Positions 10,941-21,814 of a stretch of DNA of 64,000 bases are shown here, one piece after another (position 1 is the first letter of the stretch; each line of letters begins with the position of its first letter). The stretch is from Candidatus Poribacteria bacterium. GTDB lineage: Bacteria; Poribacteria; WGA-4E; WGA-3G. The DNA lies in the NCBI GenBank assembly GCA_963663765.2, contig CAXXUA010000004.1, positions 544,001-608,000 of the forward strand, written 5' to 3'. Under the pieces are notes generated by a model. The model made no database searches, was not told the origin of the DNA, and saw only the letters and a program-made list of their open reading frames with translations. Made by a program: the position numbers and the translations under genes.

Positions 10941-11282
10941 AATTTCTCCACGAACATGTATAAACTGAATATAGTATATATTAGCAGATAGGTAGTTTTA
11001 AGACAAGAACTGTTTTGAGGAATGGTATGCAAAGCGGATGTGTTAAGTTGATGTCACTTGTCTGAACCGTGATTAGCAAATCCTGGTTCACACGGAATCT
11101 CGGATTACACAGATAACATTGATTGCGCGGAAAAGACCGATGCAATAGATCACATTGTTTAGTTAACGCTTTTCTATCTAATACAACCAAATGCAGAAAT
11201 CTTATCCGAATAATCCGTGTTATCCGCGCACTCCGCGATTCAGACTATACACATGACAAAGACTTTACACACCCAATATTAG

Positions 11283-11404
11283 CAGGACTTACGCAGTTTT
11301 CATGGTTTGATGAAGAATTATGACGAAAATGGTGTAATTTTCAGCATATTTTCGGTTTCCAGCGCGCTTACAAAGCACGCCTACCGTTGGGTGCGTAAGT
11401 CCTG
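11283..11404. mobile_element. MITE family A
   Basis: TIR CAGGACTTACGCA / TGCGTAAGTCCTG with TSD ATTAG. Confidence 0.85.
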
Positions 11405-11518
11405 ATTAGAAAAAAGTCGTAAATTTCACCTAAAATGTAGTATAATAATTGTGATTTACTCCATATTCTTAGGTATAAGTTATTCATTTTGCATCAGTTT
11501 TTATTCTAAGGAGTCTTT

Positions 11519-12277
11519 ATGAAACTTGGTTTAGTGACATACAATATGGCAAAAGATTGGGATATTCCTACTATTATTGAACGGTGTTCGGAAACTGGTT
11601 TTTCAGGTGTGGAGTTGCGAACGACGCATGCACACGGTGTAGAAGTAAACCTGTCAAAAGGTGAACGCGCTGAAGTCAAGAAGCAGTTTGAAGATTCGCC
11701 AATTGAGCTTGCAGGTTTAGGATCTGCGTTTGATTATCATTCAACTGATCAAGCAGCAGTTCGCAAGAATATAGAGGGAACGAAGGTATACTCACAACTG
11801 GCAGCGGATGTCGGTGCTCCGGGTGTAAAGGTGCGACCAAACGGACTTCCAAGTGAAGTTCCTGTAGAGAAGACATTAGAACAAATCGGATTGGCTTTGC
11901 GTGAATGTGGTGAATCCGCTGCTGATGTCGGTGTGGAGATTCGATTGGAAGTTCACGGTGGTGGTACTAGCGAACTCCGACATATTCGAACAATTATGGA
12001 TGTTGCTGACCACAATAATGTAGCTGTGTGTTGGAATTCCAACTTCGGTGAAGTAGAAAATGGATCAATTCAGAACAACTTCAACTATGTCAAAGGAAAA
12101 ATAGGATTAGTCCATATTACCGAATTACATCGTAGAGAATATCCCTGGCGTGAACTGTTCGCCTTGCTGAAAGAGTCTGGATATTCGGGTTACACATTGG
12201 CAGAAATCGCTGGAAGTTCCGATCCTGTGAGAGTGATGAATTTCTATCGTGCGTTATGGGAAGAATATAATAGATAA
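11519..12277 (+). CDS. Sugar phosphate isomerase/epimerase (xylose-isomerase-like TIM barrel)
   Basis: GVELR, RLEVHG, GLVHI, GYSGYTLAE. Confidence 0.85.
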   Translation: MKLGLVTYNMAKDWDIPTIIERCSETGFSGVELRTTHAHGVEVNLSKGERAEVKKQFEDSPIELAGLGSAFDYHSTDQAAVRKNIEGTKVYSQLAADVGAPGVKVRPNGLPSEVPVEKTLEQIGLALRECGESAADVGVEIRLEVHGGGTSELRHIRTIMDVADHNNVAVCWNSNFGEVENGSIQNNFNYVKGKIGLVHITELHRREYPWRELFALLKESGYSGYTLAEIAGSSDPVRVMNFYRALWEEYNR

Positions 12278-12303
12278 CTAATTTCATTGGAGAACTTTTT
12301 TAG

Positions 12304-13071
12304 ATGAAAAACCTATTACTTACGATACTATTTTTTGCATGCATGCTGACAATTTCTATTACAGATATCCATGCAGCAATTCAACAAGAAACGATTGTCG
12401 GAATATGGCTTCTTGAAGAGGGACAAGGTGATGACATTAAAGACGCTTCTGTCAATAACAATGATGGAAAAATCTTTAACGCCGAATGGACCGATGGTAA
12501 AATCGGAAGAGGTCTTGAGTTTGATGGTACTGCACGTGTTGAAATACCTGCAAGTGACACTACAGAAGACTATCTTAATGGATTTACGTATCTATTATGG
12601 GTTAAACCTACTGCTACTCCACCCGGTAATCACACACGCTTGATTGAACGTGGTTGGCACAATCCTACAATTCAAATCGGCCTGAACGACTTTTATGGTA
12701 GCATTGTCCAAAATGGGCTCCAAGATTCTTCACATGTACGAGGAGGAGAATGGCAACAGGATGAATGGAGTTTTGTTGCGCTTACACACGACGGGGATTT
12801 ACTCAAACTATATGTGGATGGTGTAATTGTTGGGGAAAAAGCGTTAGGGAAAGCCGACACAACAACTGATGCAGAAATACGATTTGGAGCGTATTCAAAA
12901 CCGAATTGGGACTTTACAGGAGTGCTGGATGAAGTTGGTGTTTTTAACGTAGCACTAGCTGAAAACGACATCAAGTTTATCATGAACAACGGACTTGAAG
13001 AAGCGTTAGCAGTTACTGCTGTTGGCAAATTGGCAGAAACTTGGGGTCATATCAAAAAGATACAATTTTAG
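12304..13071 (+). CDS. Secreted LamG-like jelly-roll protein
   Basis: Signal peptide, W.FVALTHDG..LKLYVDG, FTGVLDEVGVFN, C-terminal AVGKLAETWGHIK. Confidence 0.85.
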   Translation: MKNLLLTILFFACMLTISITDIHAAIQQETIVGIWLLEEGQGDDIKDASVNNNDGKIFNAEWTDGKIGRGLEFDGTARVEIPASDTTEDYLNGFTYLLWVKPTATPPGNHTRLIERGWHNPTIQIGLNDFYGSIVQNGLQDSSHVRGGEWQQDEWSFVALTHDGDLLKLYVDGVIVGEKALGKADTTTDAEIRFGAYSKPNWDFTGVLDEVGVFNVALAENDIKFIMNNGLEEALAVTAVGKLAETWGHIKKIQF

Positions 13072-13089
13072 TTTATCATTAGGTGAACA

Positions 13090-13479
13090 ATGAATCAACA
13101 AGAGTTTTATCAAGCAAAGTTAGATTTTGAGACAGATTCTTGGGATCTCAGTGAAGCATTGAATAACGGTGGGGATATTATTGTCATAGATGCACGTAGA
13201 CAAGAAGCATATAGAATTGAACATATACCGACAGCGATTAATTTCCCGCACAGAGAAATGACTACAGAAAGCACAGAAAACCTTGATAAATCAAAGACCT
13301 ATGTTACCTATTGCGATGGGATTGGATGTAATGCTTCTACTAAAGGTGCATTGAAAATGGCTCAATTAGGTTTTAATGTCAAGGAACTACTTGGCGGTTT
13401 AGATTGGTGGCGACGAGATGGCTATGAGACAAAAGGCATAAATGGTGTCAATGGTACGGAAATAAATTGTGGATGTTGA
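13090..13479 (+). CDS. Rhodanese-like protein
   Basis: VIDARR...HIPTAI, YCDGIGCNAS, GGLDWW. Confidence 0.88.
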   Translation: MNQQEFYQAKLDFETDSWDLSEALNNGGDIIVIDARRQEAYRIEHIPTAINFPHREMTTESTENLDKSKTYVTYCDGIGCNASTKGALKMAQLGFNVKELLGGLDWWRRDGYETKGINGVNGTEINCGC

Positions 13480-13501
13480 TAAGCAATTGATGGATTTTAA
13501 C

Positions 13502-13530
13502 TTGCATTCGGATTTTCAATATTGTATAAT
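13502..13530 (+). promoter_or_regulatory. Sigma70-type promoter of tRNA-Asn
   Basis: TTGCAT-17 nt-TATAAT. Confidence 0.7.
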
Positions 13531-13555
13531 TATATGTGCTGATACTTAAACATAT

Positions 13556-13628
13556 TCCCCAATAGCTCAGTTGGTAGAGCAGATGGCTGTTAACCATCGT
13601 GTCGGCGGTTCGAGTCCGTCTTGGGGAG
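13556..13628 (+). tRNA. tRNA-Asn(GTT), CCA not encoded
   Basis: Cloverleaf: TCCCCAA/TTGGGGA acceptor stem, anticodon loop CTGTTAA, GTTCGA T-loop. Confidence 0.96.
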
Positions 13629-13636
13629 TTTCGATT

Positions 13637-13679
13637 AATGCTGATGGACTTGAGGTTCAAGGTTCGTCAGCATTTTTTT
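13637..13679 (+). terminator. Intrinsic terminator after tRNA-Asn
   Basis: aatgctgatggac...gttcgtcagcatt hairpin followed by a T-run. Confidence 0.7.
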
Positions 13680-13781
13680 ATATGGAATCCTCATTATTGC
13701 TGAATATAATACTTCAACTCTGAAATTTACAGTATTGGATCTATATACGAGTCGACATTATTATTTTGTTTTGTTATGCTG

Positions 13782-14407
13782 ACGACTTGTGCCAGTTAAC
13801 TAAATGTTTATACTAAATTCACATATATTGGGTATGGTATATAAGCATTTCGTCCCTACGGGACTAAAGATCATCCAAAGCAAAAGAAGGACGGTTAAAT
13901 CCTCTTGTCTATGTGAAGTAATTATTAATAAATAGTTATTTAGCACAAGTCGCTACTTTCAGGCAATTGGTAATTTTTTCTGTGCACGAATCTTGTCTAT
14001 GACTGGGTTTTTCCGAAGATAAAATTACCAATTTTACCAATTAGTAACTTAAAATAGGACTTACGCAGTTTTCATGATCCAATCAAGAATTAAGACGAAA
14101 ACGATGTAATTTTCAGCATTTTTTAGGTTTCCGGCGCGCTTACAAAGCACCAAATCAACGGTATGAATGCCATTTAGGCATTCCCCGCCTACCGTTGTGT
14201 GCGTAAGTCCTGTTAAAGTAAATTGAGCAATATTCTGATTTGTGCCAGTTAACTAAATATTTATACTAATTTTACATATGTTGGGTATGATATATAAACA
14301 TTTCGTCCCTACAGGACTGAAGATCGTTTCAACCTATGAGAGACACCTGCAAAACGTTATGCTTATGTGAAACAATGGTTTACATAAAGTCATTTAGCAC
14401 AACTCGT
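13782..14407. mobile_element. Composite MITE family B (TIR ACGACTTGTGC) containing a family A copy at 14055-14212
   Basis: 7-bp TSD TATGCTG at 13775-13781 and 14408-14414. Confidence 0.8.
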
Positions 14408-14649
14408 TATGCTGGTTTTCTGAAATCGGTGTTACAAACACCTCCCACAATAGTCCATTTCAGACAATTGAACACCTCTGAACTGAGCACTAATGTTGAG
14501 TCAACATACTATTGTAGGTTGAGATTCGGAGATCGCTCCTACAGAAGACTTGTGTATTGTGTGTATTGTAGGAGGGAACTCCGATTCCCGACTACTTTTT
14601 AGACCCATCAATAAACACTTGACTAAGCACTAGTAGAGTGTCCAATCTA

Positions 14650-15304
14650 ATTTACTTGTATATGTTTATGAAACTTGGGGCATGTTTGCCGGTTTGTGTG
14701 TGCCACACGTATACGTCTCCGTATCCATAACCCGTTGCGGCAATGTATTGATTGTCAGGTGAGAAGGTGAGTTGAGAGGCGTTTTTGTACCATCCTTGTA
14801 TTTTGGTAACTCACTGTTGGGTATCTGTTTCTTGTACTTTAATGATACAGTCCCAATTACTTGTGGCAATCCACTGTCCATCATCAGAAAGTGCGACATT
14901 ACTAACCATGCCTCGTTCAGTATCCAATCAGGACTTACGCAGTTTTCTTGATTTAATCAAAAATTATGATGAAAATGATGCCATTATCAGCGTTTTTCTG
15001 GGTTTCCGGCGCGCTTACAAAGCACCAAATCAACGGTATGAATGCCATTTAGGCATTCCCCGCCTACCGTTGTGTGCGTAAGTCCTGCCAATAATGCAAC
15101 AGGTTGCATTGTATCGAGTTGATATACCCAAGTACCTATATGTGTTGCGACAGTAAGAATTCTTTTTTCTGAAGAAATTGCGATATTGCGTATTACACCT
15201 CGTCCCAATCGGGCAATTGCGCCATCGGGCAGGTGACATGTTGTCACGTCTGTGTCGTCAAGTGGTCTCTGGACATGGTTCAAAGGTTTTCTGTTTTTCA
15301 TCAA
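14650..15304 (-). pseudogene. Truncated WD40 paralogue interrupted by a MITE
   Basis: DTDVTT..LPDGAIARLGRG N-terminus; after MITE removal reads LDTERGMVSNVALS...GYGDVYVW with an internal TGA, then is truncated; closest by eye to 26487-28472; left boundary approximate. Confidence 0.85.
14929..15087. mobile_element. MITE family A inserted in a WD40 gene
   Basis: TSD CCAAT at 14924-14928 and 15088-15092; removal restores the local reading frame. Confidence 0.9.
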
Positions 15305-15320
15305 AATTTCTCCTTGTATT

Positions 15321-17330
15321 CTACAGGTAAGGTTTCAGATCCCAAAGGTAAATTGCACCATCATGTCCACCACTTGCGAGAACGGTACAATCCTGCGAAA
15401 ATGCGAAGCACTGTACATCAGTGGTATGTCCCTTGAACGTGGTGATATTTTTACCTGTTGCGACTTCCCATAAACAGATGGATGTCTTTTTTAGTCCTCC
15501 TTTCCACCAAGCACCCGAAACCAGATATTGACCACACGGCGTGAAACGAAGTGTAATAGGTCGCTGATTCTCTTCCGATTGTGGAATCGTAATAAGCGTG
15601 TTTCCGTCTGTTGCATCCCACAGAACAATCTCGTTCCAAAATCCACCAGCGATTATGTTGCCATCTGGTGAAAACGTTATCCCCACCTGGTAAATGTTAT
15701 ATCCGCCCCGTTCCAGCGTAGTTAAGGGTAACTCGGTAATCTGTTCTTCAGCATCAACATCCCATAATATGGGGATTCGTTCTTCTGGTACACGTGCTAT
15801 AGGGATGCTTGCAAGCCTTTTTCCATCAGGACTCAATGCCAACGCTCTAACATATTCTGCGTGTCCTATAAGGACGGCACACTTTTCCCAGTTTCCTCCA
15901 TCGTCTATTTTGTCTGATGAGGGTGTGTACTCCCATACATAGATGTTGCGATCTTTGCCAGCACGTGCCAACCGTTGACCTGTCAGTGCTAATGCATCGG
16001 TCCCCGTGCCGGATGATAGCCCGGATTCAGGAATAGGAATTTCAGCGATGGATTCACCGCTTCCAAACTCACATACCTTTAATGTTTTTTCGTCTCCACC
16101 AACAGCAAAGATTGTCCCGATTGAAGTCGGGTAAACATCACGTATACTATTGGGCAATTCTTTTTCGGTTGGATGTCGGACACGTTGACTTGAAACATCC
16201 CATAAAACCGTGTTCCTACCCCAGTAGGCAGTCACTAACGTTTTTTCATCCGGCGCAAACGCCAATGAACCGACAGTCCCAGTGTGTCCCTGAATAGTCG
16301 GGCATGCTTGAGCGATGGGTCTACCTTCTATCCAGATTTTTATTTCACCTCTATCAGTATAGGCGAATTGTGTACCACTCTCCGAAAAACGAATAGAACT
16401 TCCCTGACTCTGATGTTCACATGTGTCGATTTTTTCACCTTTTTTTAAATTCCAGACTTCAAGCTTAGACTGAGATGGAAAGACTACCGCGGCTATTAAT
16501 TCACCTTCTGGTGTATAATTTGGATGTATTTGAGCATCCTCGTGATCGGTATAGGTTTCCTCAAGGTTTCCAGTCTCCACGTCCCACACATATAATCTTC
16601 CTTCTGAACCAGTGGCAGCAAAAAATCGTCCACACGGCGAAAAGCAATGGCTACCCCACCTTTCAGTCCAATCAAGACGAGCGATTTGTTCTCCAGTTTC
16701 TACCTGCCACACTGCAATGAATTCAGCGGTACGGTTTCTATGATCGTAACACGTCCCTGCCAACAAACTCAAATCTGGAGAAAAGTAGCTTGGATAGATG
16801 GCATTTATGGATTTAATGTCAGTATCACTTAATTTTATCTCTATTTCATTTTTTAACGTGCCTGTGCGCGGACACCAGATATAAACCCTCCCGATGAAAT
16901 AATTGAAAGCGACGAGTTGTTCTCCATCTTGAGAAAAGACCGGATTCATATTAGACAAACGAATCTGCCCTTTTCGTCCTTCCGGCAACACCATCTCTGC
17001 AACACACACCTGATTATGGATGTCCCATACTCTGAGTGCTTGCTGATATGTATATGCGGAAAGCCATTGAGCATCTGGTGAAAATGTAACACTATCAATA
17101 TATCCCCTATCCGTTTCCCACAGCGCGATCGGAGATAGCGTGGAGAGTTCGTATAACCAGAGTCCTATCTTTGTTCCAACTGCAAAGAGTTGTCCATCCG
17201 GTGAAAATGCCATATCACGAATCTCCCCGCGCCCCAATCGGGTAATTGCGCCATCAGGGAGTTTCCAAGTTGTGACATCTCCGTTTGTTTTGGATAATTG
17301 TGTGGTTGTCTGTGAACGTAAATTTTCCAT
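15321..17330 (-). CDS. WD40-repeat protein (array member)
   Basis: GH...FSPDG...WD repeats; GGAGG RBS before ATG 17330. Confidence 0.9.
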   Translation of the reverse strand: MENLRSQTTTQLSKTNGDVTTWKLPDGAITRLGRGEIRDMAFSPDGQLFAVGTKIGLWLYELSTLSPIALWETDRGYIDSVTFSPDAQWLSAYTYQQALRVWDIHNQVCVAEMVLPEGRKGQIRLSNMNPVFSQDGEQLVAFNYFIGRVYIWCPRTGTLKNEIEIKLSDTDIKSINAIYPSYFSPDLSLLAGTCYDHRNRTAEFIAVWQVETGEQIARLDWTERWGSHCFSPCGRFFAATGSEGRLYVWDVETGNLEETYTDHEDAQIHPNYTPEGELIAAVVFPSQSKLEVWNLKKGEKIDTCEHQSQGSSIRFSESGTQFAYTDRGEIKIWIEGRPIAQACPTIQGHTGTVGSLAFAPDEKTLVTAYWGRNTVLWDVSSQRVRHPTEKELPNSIRDVYPTSIGTIFAVGGDEKTLKVCEFGSGESIAEIPIPESGLSSGTGTDALALTGQRLARAGKDRNIYVWEYTPSSDKIDDGGNWEKCAVLIGHAEYVRALALSPDGKRLASIPIARVPEERIPILWDVDAEEQITELPLTTLERGGYNIYQVGITFSPDGNIIAGGFWNEIVLWDATDGNTLITIPQSEENQRPITLRFTPCGQYLVSGAWWKGGLKKTSICLWEVATGKNITTFKGHTTDVQCFAFSQDCTVLASGGHDGAIYLWDLKPYL

Positions 17331-17355
17331 GAATACCTCCAAATTTATTGTTTTA

Positions 17356-19407
17356 TCAGATGTCTTTAGTGCACATATACTGTTTCATATCCCACAATAG
17401 GACAGTACCATCATAACTGCCACTCGCCAGATATTTACCATCTGGTGAAAAGTCTAAATCTTGTACATCCGAAGAGTGTCCCCATAAAGTGTGTATGTTT
17501 TCACCAGTCGACATATCCCACAAGTGGATAGGTGCTTTGTCTAATCCCCATTTCCACCAAGCACCGGAAGCGAGGTACTTTCCACACGGGGAAAATGCTA
17601 ATGCCCACGGACGAATACACCCATGAGGTTGAAGGAGTATCATGTGTGATTCTAACGTAGTTGACTCCCACAATCGGATTTCGTTGATTAACCCATCTGC
17701 GCACCTTGCACCCAACCCGCCAGCAATCCAGTTACCACATGGCGAGAATACGATAGACTGCATGTATTGATTATCCTTCCATTGAAGATTCCCACCATTG
17801 ATGACCCGCTCAATTTCTTGTGGTTCACCTCTATATTTAGAGGCATCTTCTAAGGTTTCAGGTAAAGGAAGTGGTGAGATTTGTTCTCCTGTTTCAACAT
17901 TCCAGAGTAATGCGGTTCCATCCCTGGAGGAGGTAACGAATCGTTTTCCATCAGGATGGAATGCTATTGCCTCAATTGAACTTGTATGTCCTATAAGTGT
18001 GTGCAGTTTTTTCCATTGTGCGATATCCCAAACGTATAATTCGTCTCTCGTTCCTCCACTGACAAGATATTCACCAGTAGGAGAAAACGTCAAGGAATAG
18101 ATGTCTTTTTCATGTCCTGTTAGTTCGGTAACTAATACTTCAGATTCAATATTCCAGATTTGTATATCGTTGCCTCTTGTATCAATAGCCAAGAGTTGAT
18201 CATCTGGAGACAACGTCATGCATCCTCCTAAAGAACTGCGTTTGCCTGAAGGTGGGAGTATTCGTTGGACTTCCCGTTTACTAATATCACAAAATAACTT
18301 ACCAGTACCACTATAGTACCCACCGATCAATGTATTGTTATCTTGCATAAATGCAACCGAATAGGGAACACTTCCATATCCAGAAAAGAATGATTTTGTT
18401 GTAAAGTCACCTTCATGCCATATTTGGATTTTGCGGTTTTTGCATGTAATTGCGAATTTTGATCCATCGCTTGAAAACCTTGCGTAATTGTCTGTGTTCC
18501 CAATAGTGTTGAAGGTATCTAATATATTGTGTTGTGAAGCATCCCACATGACTACTTTGTCGCTATAGATGTCTGCAACTCGTAATGTTTCATCAGGTGT
18601 ATAAGCAAGTCTTACTCTTTCTCCTTGATATGTTTTGGGGTGCATTGCAAGAGATTTATCCTGAATATCCCATACTTGAACTGTAGCACCAAGGCTGGCA
18701 CTGGCAAGGTACTGTCCACAAGGTGAAAACAGGAGGGTATGTAATGGAGCAGTGTGTCCTGTGAGTTGCGTTATGTCTTCACCATTTTTTATATCTGAAA
18801 ACGTTACTGTTTCGGGTGAAGACACATAAGCAAATAGATTACTGTTGGGTGAAAAGGCGATGGGAAAACATGTGTCATTGACAGTACCTTCTTTCCTATA
18901 ATCGTTCCATTTTGTGTTTTCAATTTTAAAGTTACTGATAGGGACAATCTGTTCTTCGCGCCATGCATAAATAGCACTATGTCCGATTCCTGAAGCAGCG
19001 AGATATTGATTGTCCGGTGAAAAGCGTGCATGAAAGATGACATTACGTTCCTCAGTACCTCCCCAGTCAGTTCTTGCAACGCACTGTCCGTTATGTGTAT
19101 TCCAGACCTTGAGAATCCCATCTTGGTCACCTGTGGCAATCCAGGGTGAATCATGCGAGAAGGTGGCTACATTCATCATACCGCGTTCTGTTCCCCACAA
19201 TGCGCGGGGTGCCAAGGTATTCGTATCATATAACCAGAATCCGATTTGTGTTGCTACGGAAAGATATGCGGCATTATGTGAGAATTCGACATCAAGTCGT
19301 AATCCGTGTCCGAATCGGGCAATTGCGCCATCAGGAAGTTCCCAAGTTGTCACGTCTGTGTCGTTAATAGATCTAAGTGCAAGGGATAAAGAGTCTCTAT
19401 TTTCCAT
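17356..19407 (-). CDS. WD40-repeat protein (array member)
   Basis: WD repeats; start re-called at MENRDS after an AAGGAG RBS. Confidence 0.9.
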   Translation of the reverse strand: MENRDSLSLALRSINDTDVTTWELPDGAIARFGHGLRLDVEFSHNAAYLSVATQIGFWLYDTNTLAPRALWGTERGMMNVATFSHDSPWIATGDQDGILKVWNTHNGQCVARTDWGGTEERNVIFHARFSPDNQYLAASGIGHSAIYAWREEQIVPISNFKIENTKWNDYRKEGTVNDTCFPIAFSPNSNLFAYVSSPETVTFSDIKNGEDITQLTGHTAPLHTLLFSPCGQYLASASLGATVQVWDIQDKSLAMHPKTYQGERVRLAYTPDETLRVADIYSDKVVMWDASQHNILDTFNTIGNTDNYARFSSDGSKFAITCKNRKIQIWHEGDFTTKSFFSGYGSVPYSVAFMQDNNTLIGGYYSGTGKLFCDISKREVQRILPPSGKRSSLGGCMTLSPDDQLLAIDTRGNDIQIWNIESEVLVTELTGHEKDIYSLTFSPTGEYLVSGGTRDELYVWDIAQWKKLHTLIGHTSSIEAIAFHPDGKRFVTSSRDGTALLWNVETGEQISPLPLPETLEDASKYRGEPQEIERVINGGNLQWKDNQYMQSIVFSPCGNWIAGGLGARCADGLINEIRLWESTTLESHMILLQPHGCIRPWALAFSPCGKYLASGAWWKWGLDKAPIHLWDMSTGENIHTLWGHSSDVQDLDFSPDGKYLASGSYDGTVLLWDMKQYMCTKDI

Positions 19408-19520
19408 AAAATATCTCCTTTTATTGCGAATGTACCCGCGAGGTATGGTAACCTCGCGCGTCGAGATGTTGTGCAATGCAAGCAGCATCACTATACGATA
19501 GATGAATTGACAATGTATCT

Positions 19521-21683
19521 TTAAGAGTTGATAAACGGTTTCATATCCCAAAGCAAGATGGTGCCATCATAACTACTACTGGCTAAAAGCGTGCCATCGG
19601 GCGAAAATTTGAGCGATAAGACATCAGTAGGATGTCCCCAGAAAGTATGGATATTTTCGCCAGTGGTGATATCCCACAAACGGACAGAGGTCTTTTGTTG
19701 TCCCTTTTCCCATTGTGGGTCCCATCGAGAACCAGAGGCAAGGTAATTACCACATGGTGAAAATGCAAGAGCGAAGGGTGCTTGGCAACCTGTGGGTTGA
19801 ATTAATGCCATTCGCACTTTGAAGGTAGTTGCGTCCCAAAGTCTAATTTCACCCCACATTCCACCAGCGATAATGTTATGGTGAGTAGAAGTCTGGAGTG
19901 CTCTAATGCGACGGGGACCTTCCTTCTGGCGCTCTTGGGCACGTTGAAGGTCTTGATGCATGCCTTTATATATAGAAGTCTTTACACATGGTTCTATATC
20001 AAGCAATCCGATTTGTTCGTCGCTTTTGAAATTCCAGACTATAGCAGCACCTCTTGGCGGACGAGTGAAAAACTGCTTACCATTCAAATCAAAATGCAAC
20101 TTCCAGCCCGGATATGTTTGTGGTGTTAGTGGCGCGTGATAGTGTTTTTCCCATTGCTGCACATCCCACACAGCGATACTATCTCCATAGATGATAACGA
20201 AGTATGCCCCTGTAGGCGAGAACCCTATCTTGGACACATGTGAGGATGGACTTTTGGGAAGTTCAGTGACTTGTGTGCCGGATGCAACATGCCAAATTTT
20301 AGTAGGAGTTCGGAGCCCCGCGGTGACGAGATATTCCTCTGTGGGAGAGAAAACCATATTACGCACTCGCGCGGGGTTTTCGGCGAATTCTGTAACCTGG
20401 GTTTTAGACAAGAGATTCCAAACTTCAATGGAATTTTCACTCTCTTCGGTGGTAGCCAGAAGTTCAAGACTGTTTGATAAAACTATGGAACTTGGTCCGT
20501 TAGGATTGCGGGTTTGGAAATGGAATGTGCGTTCCACTTGTCGCCGCTTAACATTCCATACACAGATCGCAGAGCGGGTTTTGTGGTTACTTACCAATCT
20601 ATGGCTATCATTAGAAAAACTTATTGGACTAACGTTCTGATGATGTACAGGGAGAGATGCAAGTGCTGCTGTCCCTTCTGTCCACACCTTGAGTTCACCA
20701 CGTCCATTTGCAACTGCGAATTGTGTGCCATCATTTGAAAAACAAGCACTTCCCTGATCTGGATTCCAAGATTCAAAAACATCTACCGTCTTCTGCTGCG
20801 TTGCATCCCATATCACTACTTCAATGCCTCCGATACCGGCAACACGTAAGGTGCCATCTGATGTATCAGAAGGTATTCCATATTTAATGTAACTATCTTC
20901 GCCATAAGGTGTCGGCGGCATCTCATAAGTGCCGTTATGAATGTTCCATACGTGAACACTATTTCCGCTATTGCAGGCAGCAAGATACCGTCCACAGTGA
21001 GAAAAGACGAGTTTGTAGCAACCCTCCTCATATTCATCGGGCAATTCAGCGATGTATTCGCCGGTTTTTACATCTAATATGGATGTTATATTAGCATCAG
21101 AAGTATATGCAAGAAGGTGTCCACCGGGTGAAAACGCCTTAGGAGATGATAGATAACGTCTTTTCGGTTTTGGTTTCACAGTGAAACTTGTCATAGGCGT
21201 GCTGATGTTTGTTTGCCAGGCGTGAGCAGCACAATGGAAACCACCGTAAGCGATAGCATTAGAAAAGGTTAAGTACTGTCCATCTTGAGAAAAAGTAAGG
21301 TTGCCAGCAATTGCCATACTACTCATCGAATTTCCGGGTACGTCTATTTTTCTCACACATTGCAGATTTTGTGAATCCCATATTTTGACAATACCATCCC
21401 AGTCACCTACAGCAATCCATTGTGCATCAGGGGAAAAGGAGATGGTTGAAACCATCCCCCGTTCTGTTCCCCACAATGCATAGTGCGTCATTGTATTGAG
21501 GTTGTACCACCAGCAACCTATGCGAGTTCCCACTACAAGGTGAGTCCCATCGGGTGAAAATGCTATTTTGCCTATCTGGCCTCTGCCTAAACGAGCAGTT
21601 GCTCCTTCGGGTAGTTTCCAAGTTGTCACATCCGTGTCTTCAAGTTGTTCAGGTTTGGGAATCGAAGTGTTTTTTCTTTTCAT
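19521..21683 (-). CDS. WD40-repeat protein (array member)
   Basis: WD repeats with conserved N- and C-termini. Confidence 0.9.
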   Translation of the reverse strand: MKRKNTSIPKPEQLEDTDVTTWKLPEGATARLGRGQIGKIAFSPDGTHLVVGTRIGCWWYNLNTMTHYALWGTERGMVSTISFSPDAQWIAVGDWDGIVKIWDSQNLQCVRKIDVPGNSMSSMAIAGNLTFSQDGQYLTFSNAIAYGGFHCAAHAWQTNISTPMTSFTVKPKPKRRYLSSPKAFSPGGHLLAYTSDANITSILDVKTGEYIAELPDEYEEGCYKLVFSHCGRYLAACNSGNSVHVWNIHNGTYEMPPTPYGEDSYIKYGIPSDTSDGTLRVAGIGGIEVVIWDATQQKTVDVFESWNPDQGSACFSNDGTQFAVANGRGELKVWTEGTAALASLPVHHQNVSPISFSNDSHRLVSNHKTRSAICVWNVKRRQVERTFHFQTRNPNGPSSIVLSNSLELLATTEESENSIEVWNLLSKTQVTEFAENPARVRNMVFSPTEEYLVTAGLRTPTKIWHVASGTQVTELPKSPSSHVSKIGFSPTGAYFVIIYGDSIAVWDVQQWEKHYHAPLTPQTYPGWKLHFDLNGKQFFTRPPRGAAIVWNFKSDEQIGLLDIEPCVKTSIYKGMHQDLQRAQERQKEGPRRIRALQTSTHHNIIAGGMWGEIRLWDATTFKVRMALIQPTGCQAPFALAFSPCGNYLASGSRWDPQWEKGQQKTSVRLWDITTGENIHTFWGHPTDVLSLKFSPDGTLLASSSYDGTILLWDMKPFINS

Positions 21684-21814
21684 AAACTGTCTCCTTTTAT
21701 TTTCAATCTACTGGCGAGGTATTAGTTCCTCACACGCCTATTATATGAAACAGACTTTGAGAACCGTGTAATATTAAGGCATCACTATGTATCTATCAAT
21801 TGGCTTGAGATGTG

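Noticed and set aside
14808-14816. Selenocysteine in the WD40 fragment (TGA where paralogues have Cys)
   Set aside because: The gene is MITE-interrupted and truncated; a TGY-to-TGA mutation in a pseudogene is the simpler explanation
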